Origin: Candidatus Woesearchaeota archaeon
GTDB taxonomy: Archaea; Nanobdellota; Nanobdellia; Pacearchaeales; GW2011-AR1
Direction: 5' to 3'
NCBI GenBank assembly: GCA_964566405.1
Contig: CAZMIN010000001.1
Coordinates: forward strand, 1,755 to 65,754
DNA length: 64,000 nt
Position numbers and translations under genes: made by a program
Shown here: piece after piece, positions 63,008-64,000 of the stretch
Layout of the letters: every line of letters starts with the position of its first letter
How positions within the stretch are numbered: position 1 is the stretch's first letter
Notes under the pieces: model-generated
What the model was told of the DNA's origin: nothing
What the model saw: the letters and a program-made list of their open reading frames with translations, nothing else
Database searches by the model: none

Positions 63008-64000
63008 CTATTTCTTAATAAGACTTCCCAGTGTCTTTCCACTCTTCCTCATTCTCCTGGCAACAAAGAGTACAACTGCCAAGGCGAGAACAACCACGAG
63101 AAGAATCACTACACTTCCTGCACCTATTCCACCGAAGATTGCGAATCCAATAGGTGCTCCTATCAAAACTTTTTCTTGGACAGAACTTGAATAAATCAGT
63201 GAGTCATAATTTACATTAAGAGTTAATTCACTCTCTAATGTCTCGTTCGTAGTTTCGTTAATAGGTAAAAGAGTTTCATTGATATTTATGTTTGTTCTGA
63301 ATTCTTTGAAGGAATTTGCATTAATACTTTGATTCACTTGTACCATTCCAACCTCTACTTCATTTGCACCAACCAAGGAAAATACAAACTCTACATTCTG
63401 GTTATTTCCTGCGAGCTCTTCCAAAGAATATATTACCCTTACCCTATCATCTCTCGTCCTCTGTACATCTATTAGTTCAAATTCTAATTTCTTTTCCACG
63501 ACATCAACAACAAACATTGTAGACGAAGATCTCTGAGAACAAGTTACCATTGCTGTCAATGAATGCTGTCCTTCCTCTGTATTCTCTGGTATGCTTATAT
63601 CAAAAACAAATTCTTCTTCTTGTCCTGGATTTAAGCTCTTTTCTCCATTCTCGTGTGTTACCAACGAAGAAGAATCTACAATTCCAAACGTACAGGAAGT
63701 AAGTGCGGTTTCTCCGTCGTTTCTAAAAGACAATGTAATTTGTTTTGTCTGATTTGGATTAATAACTTGGTCTGAAATATCTGTAACAGTCAACCTTGTT
63801 ACAAGGGTTGGAGCTGGTGGACTTAAATCAATTATCACTTCCCCTGATTCTTCCCCTTCTTCACCTTCACCATCATCAGCAAACCATTCTACACAAATAC
63901 CATCTTCACTACATTCATAAGCAGAATCACACTGAGCGTCAGACGAACATTCTAATTCATTACAAACATCACCGTACCAAAATCCACTTCCAACACCAAC
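63008..64000 (-). CDS. Cell-surface protein: Cys/acidic-rich region, Ig-like (CARDB-like) domains and a C-terminal TM anchor; N-terminus lies outside the window
   Basis: The reading frame stays open to position 64000 (...CNELECSSDAQCDSAYECSEDGICVEWFADDGEGEEGEESGEV-IIDLSPPAP...). The C-terminus is GAPIGFAIFGGIGAGSVVILLVVVLALAVVLFVARRMRK. The track's GTG start at 63838 is internal. Confidence 0.5.
   Translation of the reverse strand, partial: VGVGSGFWYGDVCNELECSSDAQCDSAYECSEDGICVEWFADDGEGEEGEESGEVIIDLSPPAPTLVTRLTVTDISDQVINPNQTKQITLSFRNDGETALTSCTFGIVDSSSLVTHENGEKSLNPGQEEEFVFDISIPENTEEGQHSLTAMVTCSQRSSSTMFVVDVVEKKLEFELIDVQRTRDDRVRVIYSLEELAGNNQNVEFVFSLVGANEVEVGMVQVNQSINANSFKEFRTNININETLLPINETTNETLESELTLNVNYDSLIYSSSVQEKVLIGAPIGFAIFGGIGAGSVVILLVVVLALAVVLFVARRMRKSGKTLGSLIKK

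Overview
This is an AT-rich, very gene-dense archaeal chromosomal segment. The core machinery is clearly archaeal: MCM, TBP, TFE-alpha, aIF2-beta, aIF-1A, aRF1, r-proteins L15e and S17e, Sec61-beta, NAC, GatD/GatE, archaeal-type ProRS/AspRS/AsnRS/GlyRS, EndA and FtsZ+MinD. The short proteins and low GC suggest a DPANN-like small-genome archaeon.

The window is dominated by translation and information-processing genes: nine aminoacyl-tRNA synthetase genes (valS, metS, asnS, aspS, proS, alaS, leuS, glyS, plus gatDE), four tRNAs (one with a 71-nt intron and a good bulge-helix-bulge splice structure), DNA ligase and mnmA. I saw no rRNA, CRISPR array, transposase or obvious defence island.

The main things worth a second look:
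- Three tandem small genes, each starting with a conserved 'MPxCGF...' N-terminal block and each with a GGAGG ribosome-binding site, transcribed divergently from a TrmB-type regulator across a perfect 14-bp palindrome.
- A Ser/Thr protein kinase fused to a long Gly-zipper-like C-terminal region, broken by a 1-nt frameshift in a T4 run and flanked by identical 13-bp hairpin motifs.
- A Fic (HPFYDGNGR) protein co-transcribed with gatE.
- A two-gene cassette (HAD hydrolase + APH-like kinase) that looks inserted at the 3' end of asnS, bounded by a 23-bp direct repeat that re-encodes a decayed aaRS C-terminus.
- A 400-bp 'intergenic' stretch carrying a promoter-equipped ORF interrupted by an in-frame TAA.
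- Bacterial-type LeuRS, AlaRS and MnmA embedded in the otherwise archaeal context.
- A MetRS that lacks its C-terminal tRNA-binding domain, with a stand-alone Trbp111-like gene nearby.

Three real small genes fall below the 60-aa ORF track cutoff: Sec61-beta, S17e and a DUF378-like membrane peptide.
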